A DNA stretch of 64,000 nt from Dehalococcoidia bacterium (GCA_965248595.1 CBDFJM010000004.1:22833-86832), one strand, 5' to 3'. Counted from the stretch's first letter, positions 49,231 to 61,258 are shown. Notes: generated from the sequence alone by a model not told the origin. Numbers and translations are program-made.

Positions 49231-51156
49231 TTAGCAGCGCAAGCTCCCAGTCCAAGGCGAACATGACGATGAGTGTAATCGCTACGGTGAATAGGTTACT
49301 GAAGATGGAGAGCAGGGAATCGGTGACTGTGTTCTGAATGCCAGCGACATCACTGGTGAGGCCATCGAGTAGAGTCCCAGGAAGTGGTGTAACAAGAGTA
49401 GAGGGTCTGGATGAAGAGAGACCACCACGTCATCCTTAGCGGGCAAAGACGAGCCTGAGAAAGGAGGACAACGGTGGTCAAGGAAAGGATGGACCTGCTT
49501 GAGCTAATGCGCAAGAGGGGAGTCGACGGTGACGTGGACTTTCTACGAGAGGCACTGAGAGTGCTGGTCGAGGAGATCATGGAGGCTGATGTGTCATCGA
49601 GGACCGGCGCTGGGTATGGAGAACGCAACCCTGAGCGGGTGACCCAGCGCAACGGGTACCGGTCTCGAGCATGGGACACTCGCGTAGGGACCATGGAGTT
49701 GCAGATACCCAAGCTGAGGGAGGGGAGCTACTTTCCGAGCCTGCTGGAGCCACGGCGTCGCAGCGAGCGAGCTCTGCTGGCGGTGATCCAGCAGGCGTAT
49801 GTGGAGGGTGTATCGACGAGGCGAGTGGATGATCTGGTCAAGGCTCTTTGGTGCGAGGGTATCTCAAAGAGCCAAGTGTCGCGTATCTGCCAGGAGCTGG
49901 ACGGGGTGGTGGAGAGCTTCCTGGGTCGGCCGCTGGACGGCGGATCATATCCCTACCTGTGGCTGGACGCACTAACCCAGAAGGTCAGAGAGGCCGGTAG
50001 GATAGTCAACGTCAGCGTGGTGGTGGCGACGGCGGTCAATAGCGAGGGCAAGCGTGAGATCGTTGGGATGGACGTGGGTACCAGTGAAGACGGCGCCTTC
50101 TGGTTAGCCTTCCTGCGCTCACTGGTCGCCAGGGGCCTCGGCGGGGTGGAACTGGTGGTATCGGACGCTCATCAGGGACTCAGGGATGCCATCGCAACTG
50201 TCTTCGGTGGGGCCAGTTGGCAGCGGTGCCGCACCCACTTCATGACCAACCTGCTCACTCGGGTCCCCAGGAGCGCTCAGCCCTGGGTGGCCACCATGGT
50301 ACGCACCATCTACCAGCAGCCGTCCCCTCAGGAGGTGCATGCCCAACTCGAGCGGGTGATTGCTCAGCTCCAGGACCCGTTCCCACAGGTCGCCTCTCGA
50401 CTGGACGAGGCTGGACCCGACGTCCTGGCCTTCTCCAGCTTCCCACTCGCCCACTGGAAGAAGATCTGGTCCAACAACCCCCTGGAGCGTCTCAACAAGG
50501 AGATACGGCGCCGCACCGATGTGGTGGGCATCTTCCCTAACCGCCCAGCTGTCCGTCGCCTGGTCGGCGCCGTCCTAGCTGAGCAGCACGACGAGTGGGC
50601 CGTCGGCCGTCGATACATGACACAGGAGGTAACCACCTCCAACGAAGCTCTACCCAGAGCCGAACTCGCAGAGGCAGCGGCCTAGACGATATCAACAGGA
50701 TGACGTACTCTTACACCACTCTATGGGACGTGACCGGCGTGACATGATCTCGCCAGTGCGGTTGGTGGTGAAGAAACGTAGAGAAAGCTCTTGGAGGTGG
50801 CCGTACAGTTCGTTACGCAGGTCGAACATGATGCGCTGGCTGACAATGTTATTCAGATAACTTTGGAGCACCCCAACCAGCCCGCCTGCAATCGCCAGAC
50901 CCACCATTGCCGCCACCAGCCCATATAACAAAGACAGGTCTCTTTCTGGCAACGCTCTGTCAATAATGTGGCGGATCAGTAGCGGCGGAATAACGCCGAT
51001 CCCTGAGATAATCAGCACGCACAAGAGGACGAATGCGAACGGAAGCCAGTAGGGCCTCAAATAGAGCAGCGCCCGCGGGACAATAGTCCGAGCGGCTTCG
51101 TCTATAGGCCTGTGGAGGTTCGGAGAGCCTGCGCCTCTATATCCGTGGTTTGCCAT
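49231..51156 (-). pseudogene. ABC transporter (fused TMD/ATPase type) interrupted by IS256 and cut by IS1380
   Basis: 50736..51156 ends TGEIMSR; 49231..49359 continues LTSDVAGIQNTVTDSLLSIFSNLFTVAITLIVMFALDWELALL. Confidence 0.85.
49368..50735 (+). mobile_element. IS256-family element, copy 2
   Basis: Same IRs as copy 1; intact transposase 49474..50685. Confidence 0.93.
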
Positions 51157-51279
51157 CGTTGTTATATTGTCGCACTGAATCGCCTGTTTTGCAGTGCCTA
51201 CACGTTGGTTGCGCCAGCACCATGCCATGCATATCTGAGGAGTCCAGGGTGGCAAATCCCCCTTTCCGATACCTTGGGA

Positions 51280-51333
51280 TCCGATGAATCAAGATTCCCG
51301 GCGGAGCCGGAACTCGCGACACCGTCGGAGGTG
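51280..51333 (+). repeat. ~55-bp dispersed structured repeat, copy B
   Basis: Four mismatches to the copy near 40344. Confidence 0.75.
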
Positions 51334-51410
51334 ATATCATTTGGAAACCCCTCGGAGATGGAGACACAGAGGGTAAGGGTATTCAGACAGCAAATCGCAG
51401 GAGGAACATC

Positions 51411-53096
51411 ATGACAAGCAGATCCCGCCCGGATATCAAACACCGCAGCAAGGAGATTACCCAGGGGCCGGAGCGCGCACCTGCCCGATCCATGCTCCGG
51501 GCCGTGGGCCTGGACGATGACGCCCTGGCCAGGCCATTCGTCGGCGTGGCCAGCCTGGCCAGCGAGGTTACGCCATGTAACTTCCACTTGGGCCGCCTAG
51601 CTGCCAAGGTCAAGGATGGCGTGCGGAATGCCAAGGGCACCCCCTTCGAGTTTGGCACCATCACGGTCAGCGACGGCATATCCATGGGCACCGAGGGCAT
51701 GAAGGCATCCCTGGTCAGCCGCGAGGTCATCGCCGACTCCATAGAGCTTGTGTCCATGGCCGAATGGTTCGACGGCCTGATAGCAGTGGCGGGATGCGAC
51801 AAGAACATGCCGGGGTGCCTCATGGCCATGGCCCGCCTGAACATACCGGCGGTGTTTGTCTACGGCGGCACCATCCTTGCTGGCAGATACCAGGGCCGCG
51901 ACATCAACATCCAGGACATGTTCGAGGCGGTGGGAGCCCACTCCCGAGGCGCTCTCTCGGATTCGGAGTTGCTGGCGATGGAACGCGTGGCCTGCCCCGG
52001 CGAAGGCTCCTGCGCAGGCCTGTTTACAGCCAACACCATGTCATCGGCCATCGAAGCCATTGGCATGTCCCTGCCAGGCGACGCATCCATACCAGCTGTT
52101 GACCCCCGCAAAGGTGATGAGTGCCGGCAGGCTGGCGAGGCCGTGCTTCGCCTGCTTGAGCAGGGCATCAAGCCAAGGGACATCTTGACCAGGGACGCCT
52201 TCGAGAACGCCATCACCGTGGCCCTGAGCATGGGCGGCTCCACCAACGTGGTGCTGCACCTGCTGGCCATCGCCCGCGAAGCCGGCGTGCCCCTGGTCAT
52301 AGACGACTTCGACCGGATCAGCCGGCAGACTCCATACATCGCGAACATGCGACCCGGTGGCAAGTACGTCATGGCTGACATGGACAGAATGGGCGGTGTT
52401 GCCCAGGTGATGAAGCGGCTGCTGAACGCGGGACTGCTCCATGGCGACGCCCTGACCGTGACTGGCAAGAGTGTGGCGGAGAACCTGGCCAACGTGAAGC
52501 TCAATGACGACCAGGATGTCGTGTACCCTATCGAGCGGCCACTGGCTCCCACAGGCGGCCTGGTAATCGTCAAGGGCAACCTCGCTCCTGAGGGCGGCGT
52601 CATCAAGGTGGCTGGCAATCAGCACCTGCAGCAGCGAGGCCCGGCCAAGGTCTTCGACAGTGAGCAAGCGACCTTCGCCGCAGTGCAGCGCAGTGAGATA
52701 AAGGCTGGCGACGTGGTGGTCATCCGGTACGAAGGCCCCAAGGGAGGCCCCGGAATGCGGGAGATGCTAGCTGTCACCGCCGCGCTGGTGGGCCAGGGGC
52801 TAGGCGAGCAGGTGGCGTTGCTGACCGATGGCCGGTTCTCGGGCGCTACCCACGGCCTGATGGTGGGCCACGTGGCACCAGAGGCTGCGGTAGGCGGGCC
52901 CATAGCCGTAATCCAGGATGGCGACATGGTCAACGTGGACGCCACAAACCGCAAGCTGGACATAGAGGTGTCCGATGACGAAATCCAGCGTCGGCTCTGG
53001 ACATGGAAGGCTCCGGCGCCGACGCATACCACAGGAGCGCTGGCTAAGTACGCCAAGCTGGTGGGGTCAGCGTCACAAGGGGCTGTGACGGGATAG
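51411..53096 (+). CDS. ilvD: Dihydroxy-acid dehydratase
   Basis: [50 protein letters not shown]. Confidence 0.96.
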   Translation: MTSRSRPDIKHRSKEITQGPERAPARSMLRAVGLDDDALARPFVGVASLASEVTPCNFHLGRLAAKVKDGVRNAKGTPFEFGTITVSDGISMGTEGMKASLVSREVIADSIELVSMAEWFDGLIAVAGCDKNMPGCLMAMARLNIPAVFVYGGTILAGRYQGRDINIQDMFEAVGAHSRGALSDSELLAMERVACPGEGSCAGLFTANTMSSAIEAIGMSLPGDASIPAVDPRKGDECRQAGEAVLRLLEQGIKPRDILTRDAFENAITVALSMGGSTNVVLHLLAIAREAGVPLVIDDFDRISRQTPYIANMRPGGKYVMADMDRMGGVAQVMKRLLNAGLLHGDALTVTGKSVAENLANVKLNDDQDVVYPIERPLAPTGGLVIVKGNLAPEGGVIKVAGNQHLQQRGPAKVFDSEQATFAAVQRSEIKAGDVVVIRYEGPKGGPGMREMLAVTAALVGQGLGEQVALLTDGRFSGATHGLMVGHVAPEAAVGGPIAVIQDGDMVNVDATNRKLDIEVSDDEIQRRLWTWKAPAPTHTTGALAKYAKLVGSASQGAVTG

Positions 53097-53156
53097 GGGA
53101 TGTGTGCGGCCTCGGTGAAACTTGGGCGCAAATGCAACCAAACTAGGATACATGAT

Positions 53157-53697
53157 ATGAGCATGGCGAGTGCACAGGACTACCAACAAAGATTAGAGTC
53201 TTTTCTGGCATTGTTCCGCGAATATGCAGCCGAAGTTTTCGGTGACGAGCGGAGCGCCGTCCTTGACGAGCTAAGGACACGACTGCAGCGGTCGGAGCCC
53301 GCGATAACTCCCATTCTTATAGAAGTCCTAGGTAACAGGAACTTTAGCACGGGCCGTGGTGCGGAATACTACACTTTGGACAGCCTCCTGGCGGCGGCGC
53401 TACTGGGCGGCAATAATGAGATGCCCCATAACTTTGGGTTTTTCGAAGCAACTGCAACTAGCTGTTTGGAAAAAGCATTAGGAACTTTGGAAGCTGGCCT
53501 TTGGCCACCGCAGGAACCTATGCGCGTCCTGGCTATCAAGGATGATGACCTCCAACACCAACGCGATGAAATACTGCGGCTACAGACCCAGATTCGGGTA
53601 CTTCAGGAAGCTAATCTAGACTTTGGACGAAAGTTGGCAGATTCCCAAACTCTCATAGACTTGCTTGACAAGTTCAAGTCCATGAAGGTAAACGTTC
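53157..53697 (+). pseudogene. Hypothetical protein with C-terminal coiled coil, truncated by IS256
   Basis: The open frame runs into the IS IRR (RSRPIEW...). Confidence 0.55.
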
Positions 53698-55061
53698 GGT
53701 CACGTCCCATAGAGTGGTGTAAGAGTACGTCATCCTGTTGATATCGTCTAGGCCGCTGCCTCTGCGAGTTCGGCTCTGGGTAGAGCTTCGTTGGAGGTGG
53801 TTACCTCCTGTGTCATGTATCGACGGCCGACGGCCCACTCGTCGTGCTGCTCAGCTAGGACGGCGCCGACCAGGCGACGGACAGCTGGGCGGTTAGGGAA
53901 GATGCCCACCACATCGGTGCGGCGCCGTATCTCCTTGTTGAGACGCTCCAGGGGGTTGTTGGACCAGATCTTCTTCCAGTGGGCGAGTGGGAAGCTGGAG
54001 AAGGCCAGGACGTCGGGTCCAGCCTCGTCCAGTCGAGAGGCGACCTGTGGGAACGGGTCCTGGAGCTGAGCAATCACCCGCTCGAGTTGGGCATGCACCT
54101 CCTGAGGGGACGGCTGCTGGTAGATGGTGCGTACCATGGTGGCCACCCAGGGCTGAGCGCTCCTGGGGACCCGAGTGAGCAGGTTGGTCATGAAGTGGGT
54201 GCGGCACCGCTGCCAACTGGCCCCACCGAAGACAGTTGCGATGGCATCCCTGAGTCCCTGATGAGCGTCCGATACCACCAGTTCCACCCCGCCGAGGCCC
54301 CTGGCCGACAGTGAGCGCAGGAAGGCTAACCAGAAGGCGCCGTCTTCACTGGTACCCACGTCCATCCCAACGATCTCACGCTTGCCCTCGCTATTGACCG
54401 CCGTCGCCACCACCACGCTGACGTTGACTATCCTGCCGTCCTCCCTGACCTTCTGGGTCAGTGCGTCCGGCCACAGGTAAGGGTAGGGTCCACCGTCCAG
54501 CGGCCACCCAGGAAGTCCACCACCCCGTCCAGCTCCTGGCAGATACGCGACACTTGGCTCTTTGAGATACCCTCGCACCAAAGAGCCTTGACCAGATCAT
54601 CCACTCGCCTCGTCGATACACCCTCCACATACGCCTGCTGGATCACCGCCAGCAGAGCTCGCTCGCTGCGACGCCGTGGCTCCAGCAGGCTCGGAAAGTA
54701 GCTCCCCTCCCTCAGCTTGGGTATCTGCAACTCCATGGTCCCTACGCGAGTGTCCCATGCTCGAGACCGGTACCCGTTGCGCTGGGTCACCCGCTCAGGG
54801 TTGCGTTCTCCATACCCAGCGCCGGTCCTCGATGACACATCAGCCTCCATGATCTCCTCGACCAGCACTCTCAGTGCCTCTCGTAGAAAGTCCACGTCAC
54901 CGTCGACTCCCCTCTTGCGCATTAGCTCAAGCAGGTCCATCCTTTCCTTGACCACCGTTGTCCTCCTTTCTCAGGCTCGTCTTTGCCCGCTAAGGATGAC
55001 GTGGTGGTCTCTCTTCATCCAGACCCTCTACTCTTGTTACACCACTTCCTGGGACTCTACT
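53698..55061 (-). mobile_element. IS256-family element, copy 3 (frameshifted transposase)
   Basis: 4 bp shorter than copies 1 and 2; ORFs 54458..54955 and 53748..54581. Confidence 0.92.
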
Positions 55062-55556
55062 GTTCCTGCTGCAGTGGCAGGCGGCGTAGTGTTTGCCACC
55101 GCTCCTGCCAGTGCGTTGGTCCGTCTGTTGGGGATGTTCCTGCTGCTCATGGTTGCCTACCGGCATACCCCGTGGGGCAGGAAAACTCGGATAGGCCTAC
55201 GAGGCTTCCTTCCACTCGGAGTAACCTCCGGGGCTATCTCCTCCCTGGTAGGAGTAGTAGGGCCGTTCATGGCGCCCTTTTTCCTCGCCTTCGGCTTGGT
55301 CAGGGGTGGGTATATAGGAACCGAAGCTCTGGCTACAGTGATGATGCACGTCACAAAGTTGGGCGTGTACGGCGGCTACGCACTCATAGACCTGAACATT
55401 GGGCTGGTGGGTATTGCCATCGGCTCCGTAATGTTCTTGGGTTCATACATGGGCAAACAGATCCTAAACCGCCTGCCGGCAGCCAGATTCCCAGTAATCA
55501 TTGACGTGGTGCTATTGGCTGCTGGTCTGCTATTCATTATCAGGGGAGAACAGTAG
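55062..55556 (+). pseudogene. TSUP (TauE/SafE) sulfite exporter, 5' truncated
   Basis: G.ISSLVGVVGP, YIGTEA...MH.TK..VY; starts at the IS IRL. Confidence 0.75.
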
Positions 55557-55768
55557 GCGGATAACCATGGCATCGAAGTCAGAGATCGTCGACGGCAGCT
55601 AGGAGTCCCCTGATAGGATACCCCGACCATATTCCTCGCGGCCGACAGCGCTTAGGTGCTTGGGGACAGCGCTAATCGGACGGGTTCCGGCTGGGGAGTC
55701 ATGGCGGTGATTCCCCTTCCACTATGGGGCACTGGCAACAAGGAGCACCTAAAGAGAAAATTCAAGAT

Positions 55769-56311
55769 TTACCTCTCGAGAACGTAGCGGCGTGCTGATA
55801 GCGCCTCGTGTGGAATCTCCCCCGACTGTTCTAGCCAAATGGTTGTCCCGTCATCAACGAATCCCAGCTTCTCAATTACGCGGACTGAAGGAACGTTTTC
55901 CGGAACGACGTGCGCCACAATTCGGTGTTCGCCGGCTTCCTCGAATACATAAGTGGTGAGTCGCCTAACGGCTTCAGTTGCCAGGCCTTGGCTCTGAAAC
56001 TCAGGAAGTACCGTATAAAACACTTCGACGCCGTGTCCGCTATCAAGAGCCTGAAGTCCACACGAACCAAGATATGCATCAGACGAGGGGTCTGCGACAG
56101 TTAAGGAAAAGACCGGCTGCTCAGCATCATATGAAGCAATGACGTTCTCCAGCAATTGACGAGCGCCTGCGTGTGTTCGTTGCTCTGGAGTGAAAGCCAT
56201 GTACGCGGTCGCTTTCGGATCCACCATGAACCCCGCAAACCTGCTCAGGTCCTTCAGAAGATGCCTCCGTAGGATGAGCCGGTCAGATGTGAGCAGGTTG
56301 GGTACGTTCAT
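55769..56311 (-). CDS. RimJ/RimL-type GNAT acetyltransferase
   Basis: RLILR, QSQGLATEA, NVPSVRVIEKLGF. Confidence 0.87.
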   Translation of the reverse strand: MNVPNLLTSDRLILRRHLLKDLSRFAGFMVDPKATAYMAFTPEQRTHAGARQLLENVIASYDAEQPVFSLTVADPSSDAYLGSCGLQALDSGHGVEVFYTVLPEFQSQGLATEAVRRLTTYVFEEAGEHRIVAHVVPENVPSVRVIEKLGFVDDGTTIWLEQSGEIPHEALSARRYVLER

Positions 56312-56401
56312 AACGCAAGTCTACCAGCATTTGTGATCCTCCGCGACGCCTGACCCTCCTTCCACGTGGCCACGATATCAATCGGTTCTGCTGTTAATCA
56401 T

Positions 56402-56430
56402 TTGACGTGTGGGAACAATCGTTCTAGTAT
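56402..56430 (+). promoter_or_regulatory. Promoter with LexA (SOS) box
   Basis: TTGACG-N17-TAGTAT with GAAC-AATC-GTTC (56413-56424) in the spacer, upstream of a UvrD-like helicase. Confidence 0.75.
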
Positions 56431-56460
56431 GGCTCGTATCCAGTGCTCGTAGGATTCCCC

Positions 56461-58491
56461 ATGACCGATGAAGACCATTCCTGGCTAAACGATCTCAACC
56501 CTCAGCAGCGACAGGCGGTGACGCACGGTGATGGCTCACTCCTGATCGTGGCAGGGGCCGGCACGGGCAAGACCAAGACTTTGGTCAACCGCCTGGCATA
56601 CCTGATCTCGACTGGTGTGCCGCCGGATCGGATCATGCTCCTGACATTCACCCGCCGGGCAGCCAATGAGATGTTGGAGCGCGCCGCGTCCCTCGTCCAG
56701 ATGGATCGGTCGTCACTAAACCGTGTTTGGGGTGGGACATTCCATGCTGTCGCCAACAGACTGCTGAGGACGTATGGATCTACTGCCCAACTGGCTCCAG
56801 ATTTCAATATAATCGATCGCTCCGACTCAGAGGACCTATTGGAGTTGGTTCGTACCGAGCTGGGGTTATCCGCGACTAAGAGAAGGTTCCCGAGGAAGAG
56901 TACTTGCCTGGACATTTACAGCCGGCGCATCAACAGCTCTGACGGCCTCGAAGCAGTTCTGAAAAGAGATTTCCCGTGGTGCGCGGAGTGGACTGACGAA
57001 CTGGCTCAGCTCTTCCAAGCGTATGTTGACCGGAAGCAGAGATCGCACTTATTAGACTATGACGATCTTCTGCTTTACTGGTATTACTTGGCGCAAGACG
57101 ATGAAGTCTCTCGCCTGATTGGTAGTCGTTTTGACCACATCTTGGTAGACGAATACCAGGACACAAACCCGTTGCAAGCTGGACTCCTGATCGGCATGAG
57201 GAGAGGGAGTCCGAACATCACCGTGGTAGGGGACGATTCACAGAGCATCTACGGTTTCCGGGCTGCCACTGTCCGGAACATGTTGGACTTCCCCGTGCAT
57301 TTTCCAGGGGCGAGGGTCGTCACGCTTGAACAGAACTACCGATCAGTCGGCCCAATTTTAATTACGGCCAATGAACTCATTTCCCAGGCTCATGAGCGCT
57401 TCTCAAAAGACCTCTGGTCACTACGGACCAGTGACCAGAGACCACAACTCGTCTGTTGCGCCGACGAGGATCAGCAGAATGAAGCGGTGATCTCACAGGT
57501 GTTGGAGCACTACGAACAGGGAATCCTGCTCAGAAAGCAGGCCGTCCTGTTCAGAGCGGCTTCGCATACTGCCTCTTTGGAAATAGCTCTGGCGAGAAGA
57601 AACATCCCGTTCCGAAAATATGGGGGCCTGCGGTTCTTGGAGGCTGCCCACGTGAAAGACTTGTTGAGCTTCCTGCGCATCCTGGAGAACCCGAGAGACC
57701 AGATGGCTTGGTCTCGCGTGCTACAACTTCTCAGCGGGGTAGGACCGATATCGTCCGCTTCTGCCTTCCAGCACATTGCGAGGAACAAATTCTCTCTTAG
57801 TGCCCTATGCACCTTCAGTCCTCCACCTGCTGCCAGACGGGAAATGAGTGAATTGGGTGTGCTTTTCAGTGAATTGACAGAGTCCAAAGGACTTTCGCCC
57901 TCGGAGCAAATTGAGCGAGTCATGTCCTTCTATGGTCCGATTCTGCATCGGGTATATCAAGACCACTGGGCCAGGACGAATGATATTGAGCATCTCATGC
58001 ATCTGGCAGCCGGGCATGACTCATTGAATGAGTTCCTCTCAGGATTAGTGCTGGACTCGCCGATATCTACTGGAGACATTGCTGGGCGTCCACACAAGGA
58101 TGAGGACTGGCTCGTGCTCTCTACCATTCACTCAGCGAAAGGCCTTGAGTGGGACGTCGTGTACTTGATTCATGCTGCGGACGGGTTCCTACCTTCTGAC
58201 ATGGCGACTGGTTCTGAATCGGAGATCGAAGAGGAGTTGAGGTTAACGTACGTTGCAGTGACGCGGGCTCGCGACTTTTTGTACGTGCTCTGGCCGCTGC
58301 GGTACTATGCTAACCAGCCGAACCTGTCCGATCGACATACGTTGGCGCAGCTTTGTCGGTTCTTCACTCCAGACGTCGTCAATACGATGGTTGAGACCAC
58401 TAGCGCCGGAGTCAATGCCGGACACGACGTTGAGCAACGGCCGTCGGCAGAACTAGATATCGCCTCCAAAATCCGAGGCCTATGGGACTGA
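56461..58491 (+). CDS. UvrD/REP family ATP-dependent helicase
   Basis: AGAGTGKT, VDEYQDTN, GDDSQSIYGFR, LEQNYRS, TIHSAKGLEW, YVAVTRA. Confidence 0.93.
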   Translation: MTDEDHSWLNDLNPQQRQAVTHGDGSLLIVAGAGTGKTKTLVNRLAYLISTGVPPDRIMLLTFTRRAANEMLERAASLVQMDRSSLNRVWGGTFHAVANRLLRTYGSTAQLAPDFNIIDRSDSEDLLELVRTELGLSATKRRFPRKSTCLDIYSRRINSSDGLEAVLKRDFPWCAEWTDELAQLFQAYVDRKQRSHLLDYDDLLLYWYYLAQDDEVSRLIGSRFDHILVDEYQDTNPLQAGLLIGMRRGSPNITVVGDDSQSIYGFRAATVRNMLDFPVHFPGARVVTLEQNYRSVGPILITANELISQAHERFSKDLWSLRTSDQRPQLVCCADEDQQNEAVISQVLEHYEQGILLRKQAVLFRAASHTASLEIALARRNIPFRKYGGLRFLEAAHVKDLLSFLRILENPRDQMAWSRVLQLLSGVGPISSASAFQHIARNKFSLSALCTFSPPPAARREMSELGVLFSELTESKGLSPSEQIERVMSFYGPILHRVYQDHWARTNDIEHLMHLAAGHDSLNEFLSGLVLDSPISTGDIAGRPHKDEDWLVLSTIHSAKGLEWDVVYLIHAADGFLPSDMATGSESEIEEELRLTYVAVTRARDFLYVLWPLRYYANQPNLSDRHTLAQLCRFFTPDVVNTMVETTSAGVNAGHDVEQRPSAELDIASKIRGLWD

Positions 58492-58754
58492 GTCCTCTTC
58501 CCTGGCCCAATTCCACAGTGCGTTCCAGTGTGGGCGCGCCTGAGGCTAACGGAGGGAACATACTGGCGCATTCGCTCTGGTTGTATGTCAGGGTAGGTCT
58601 TTCCAGTTGCTATTGAAGATTGTGGATGCGCCCCCATATACGCGCCACAATAACTTCGGATGGAGGGCGGTGTCGAGCACGAATTCCTTTGCGTACCATG
58701 CCGCCATTGCAGACGTATACTGAGACACTAATTCCAGGGCTGAACGTAAAGCCG

Positions 58755-59102
58755 TCACCCGACCCTCTCGCCTTCCAACGGATAACCCGCCTCACTCCAG
58801 TCGGCGAGTCCGCCGGCGTAGCGCCGCACGTTCTGATATCCTGCGGCTACTAGCCTGACATATGCGACTCTGCTCAACGGGCAGAGCTCATCGCTTCAAT
58901 AGACGACAAGCTCATCGGCGACATCGAAGGGCTGCATAGCGGCCCTCGGTGACTGGACGAATGCTTGTGGGCTGAACATGAGGGAACCGGGTATGTGCAT
59001 GGCGCGAAATTGCCACTCACCCATCACCATCAATAGCTTGAAGTCGTCCCCCCTATCCAGTTTCGCCTTCAATTCTTCGCGGCTAATCAGATTCATCTCC
59101 AT
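58755..59102 (-). CDS. Rhodanese-like protein, probable selenoprotein (TGA 58896-58898)
   Basis: ISREELK, HIPGS, VVY-U-SDELCP, YAGGLADW..AGYPLE all in one frame; SECIS-like hairpin after the TGA. Confidence 0.75.
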
Positions 59103-59250
59103 CTCGTCTCCTACATCTAATTTGTGGATGATTATGCGCCGGACGACGGCGCATGTACGGGGGCGTGGGTGCATCATACAGCATGTTGGGTCATTTCTAC
59201 ATTGCCCAAGGGCTGGAAGCGAAACGATGGCTTACGAGGCAGGCGGTGGT

Positions 59251-60003
59251 CTATATTTCCTGCCGTTGGAGGACTCGCCAAGCCCCAATCGCCCCCGCCG
59301 CGACAACGACCATGCTAGCTGAGAGTGCCATCCACCGAGCGCCTGTGGCGCCCGTGTTCAGGTCAGTGGCCCAGTGCATTAGCGAAGCGGGGAGGTACGG
59401 CTCAAAAACTGCCAGCGAGGCGAGAAAAGTCCCAAGTATCACAACGGCCAGGGCCAGGACGCCAGCAATTATCTGACTCCTCACTATGGCGCTGAACAGC
59501 AAGGTCACGGACATGACCACCAGCAAGTACAGTCCCGCCAGCAGGTTGGCGGTGACGAACGGTACCGGGTCAGGGCTGCCCAGGAGGACGGTCGTGTAGC
59601 CGTAACAGCCCAACGCCCCGGCCACCAGTCCGACAGTCAGAACGGTGGCCAGCCCAAGGAGCTTGGCTAACACAAAGGAACCGGTACCCACAGGCTTGGA
59701 CAGCACCAGTTCGGCGGTGCCACGCTCCCGTTCCCCGGCTATGGAGCCCATGCTGATGAGTATAACGATGATCAGGCCAATCTGCCCCAGGGTATCCAGA
59801 TAGCTCGTAACTGCATCTGCGGCGGTGAACTCAGGGATTATGACAGTTATGTCATCATCGCTTAGCTCCAGCAGTTCGGGTAGATAGGCAAGAAGCAAGG
59901 GAGCGGCAAGCCCGAATACCAACAACACTCCAGCCACGCTCAGGAACTTGTACGTCCTCCAATGCTCGGTGACCTCCTTGCGGAGAAGGACCAGCGTGGT
60001 CAC
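59251..60003 (-). CDS. ABC-2 transporter permease
   Basis: 6 TMs; IAGERERGT..LVLSKP motif. Confidence 0.88.
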   Translation of the reverse strand: MTTLVLLRKEVTEHWRTYKFLSVAGVLLVFGLAAPLLLAYLPELLELSDDDITVIIPEFTAADAVTSYLDTLGQIGLIIVILISMGSIAGERERGTAELVLSKPVGTGSFVLAKLLGLATVLTVGLVAGALGCYGYTTVLLGSPDPVPFVTANLLAGLYLLVVMSVTLLFSAIVRSQIIAGVLALAVVILGTFLASLAVFEPYLPASLMHWATDLNTGATGARWMALSASMVVVAAGAIGAWRVLQRQEI

Positions 60004-60953
60004 TGCTCTACCTCCCGTCCGACCAACCGGACAAACACATCCTCTAGGGAGGGCAGGGTCTGTTCGTACCGGCGCAGAGTCAAGCCTGACTGGACGACAT
60101 GTTGTGGGAGGTCTCGTTTCGCCTGTAGGGCGTCGTCAACGTGAACGCGCAGCAGGGCTCCTTGCTGTTGCGGGTTCGTCTCAATGCTCCTTATCCAGGG
60201 GACGGACTGCAGGACCGTCGTCAGGGAATCGGCCTGCTCCTCAAATTCCATCTCGAATACTGGGATAGCGTATCGCTGGCGAAGCTCTTCCGCGCTAGCC
60301 TGCACAAGCAGACAGCCCCGGTCTATTATGGCTACCTCGTCACACACCCGTTCGGCATCGGCCAGGATGTGAGTGGATAGGAAGACGGTCATCTGCTGCG
60401 CCTTAAGACGCAACAAGGTCTCCAGCACCTCCATCCGCCCTACCGGGTCCAGAGCCGAGGTGGGCTCATCCATTAGTAACACCTTGGGCTGGTTGATTAG
60501 GGCCTGCGCGATGCCGAGGCGCTGCTTCATTCCCCTGGAATAGCCGCCGATCTTGCGTCTTGCGGCGTCGGACAGGTCCACCAACTCCAGAAGTTCATGG
60601 GTACGCCGCAACGTGTCCCTCTTGGGGATACCGAATAGGTCTCCCACGAACGACAGATACTCCTGGGCATTCATCCACCCATAAAAGGCGGGTTGGTCCG
60701 GTAGATACCCTATGTTGCGCTGGAGTGGCGTTGAGTTAAGCGCGACCTCCTGTCCCGCTACCCAAGCTTGGCCTCCGGAGGCGCGACCAAGCCCGACCAA
60801 GATTCGAAGAGTAGTCGTCTTCCCAGCACCATTGGAGCCAAGGAAACCGACGATGCTGCCTTCTGGAACGGTGAGGTCCAGTTCGTCCACCGCCTTGAAC
60901 GTCCCAAAGCTCTTGGTGAGGTGCTGGCAGAGGATGGCCACGCCGTCTAACAA
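60000..60953 (-). CDS. ABC transporter ATP-binding protein
   Basis: GSNGAGKTT, YSRGMKQR, MDEPT, STH. Confidence 0.93.
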   Translation of the reverse strand: MLDGVAILCQHLTKSFGTFKAVDELDLTVPEGSIVGFLGSNGAGKTTTLRILVGLGRASGGQAWVAGQEVALNSTPLQRNIGYLPDQPAFYGWMNAQEYLSFVGDLFGIPKRDTLRRTHELLELVDLSDAARRKIGGYSRGMKQRLGIAQALINQPKVLLMDEPTSALDPVGRMEVLETLLRLKAQQMTVFLSTHILADAERVCDEVAIIDRGCLLVQASAEELRQRYAIPVFEMEFEEQADSLTTVLQSVPWIRSIETNPQQQGALLRVHVDDALQAKRDLPQHVVQSGLTLRRYEQTLPSLEDVFVRLVGREVEQ

Positions 60954-60956
60954 GGG

Positions 60957-61151
60957 CTATTCCTCCTTCCGACCAGCAACGAGGTAGATTATTGGCCCCA
61001 CCAGGTTGCCGAAAAGAATGACAGCCGCCCAGACCCACTTGTTGTCACCAGTAACTTTCCCTCGCCGGATCAAGTCTCGCAGGGCGATAATGACAAGGGT
61101 TAGCTGGATAATTACCAAGGGAACGAGAAGAGCAATCAACTGTCCGGACAT
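60957..61151 (-). CDS. PLDc N-terminal domain (YxlE-like) small membrane protein
   Basis: ALRDL..R......KWVW..VI...N..GPIIYL..GR. Confidence 0.82.
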   Translation of the reverse strand: MSGQLIALLVPLVIIQLTLVIIALRDLIRRGKVTGDNKWVWAAVILFGNLVGPIIYLVAGRKEE

Positions 61152-61258
61152 GTTGTGAGTCTCCTGAAATCAATATCTGTTGATTATCCCACTATACAGT
61201 TCTGGATGTGCAAAGCAAATCCAATGCACGATACCTTCCGAATGGCCAGGAACAACAA

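Noticed and set aside
53694-55065. GTTC as target duplication of IS256 copy 3
   Set aside because: Only 4 bp, and the two flanks belong to different truncated genes
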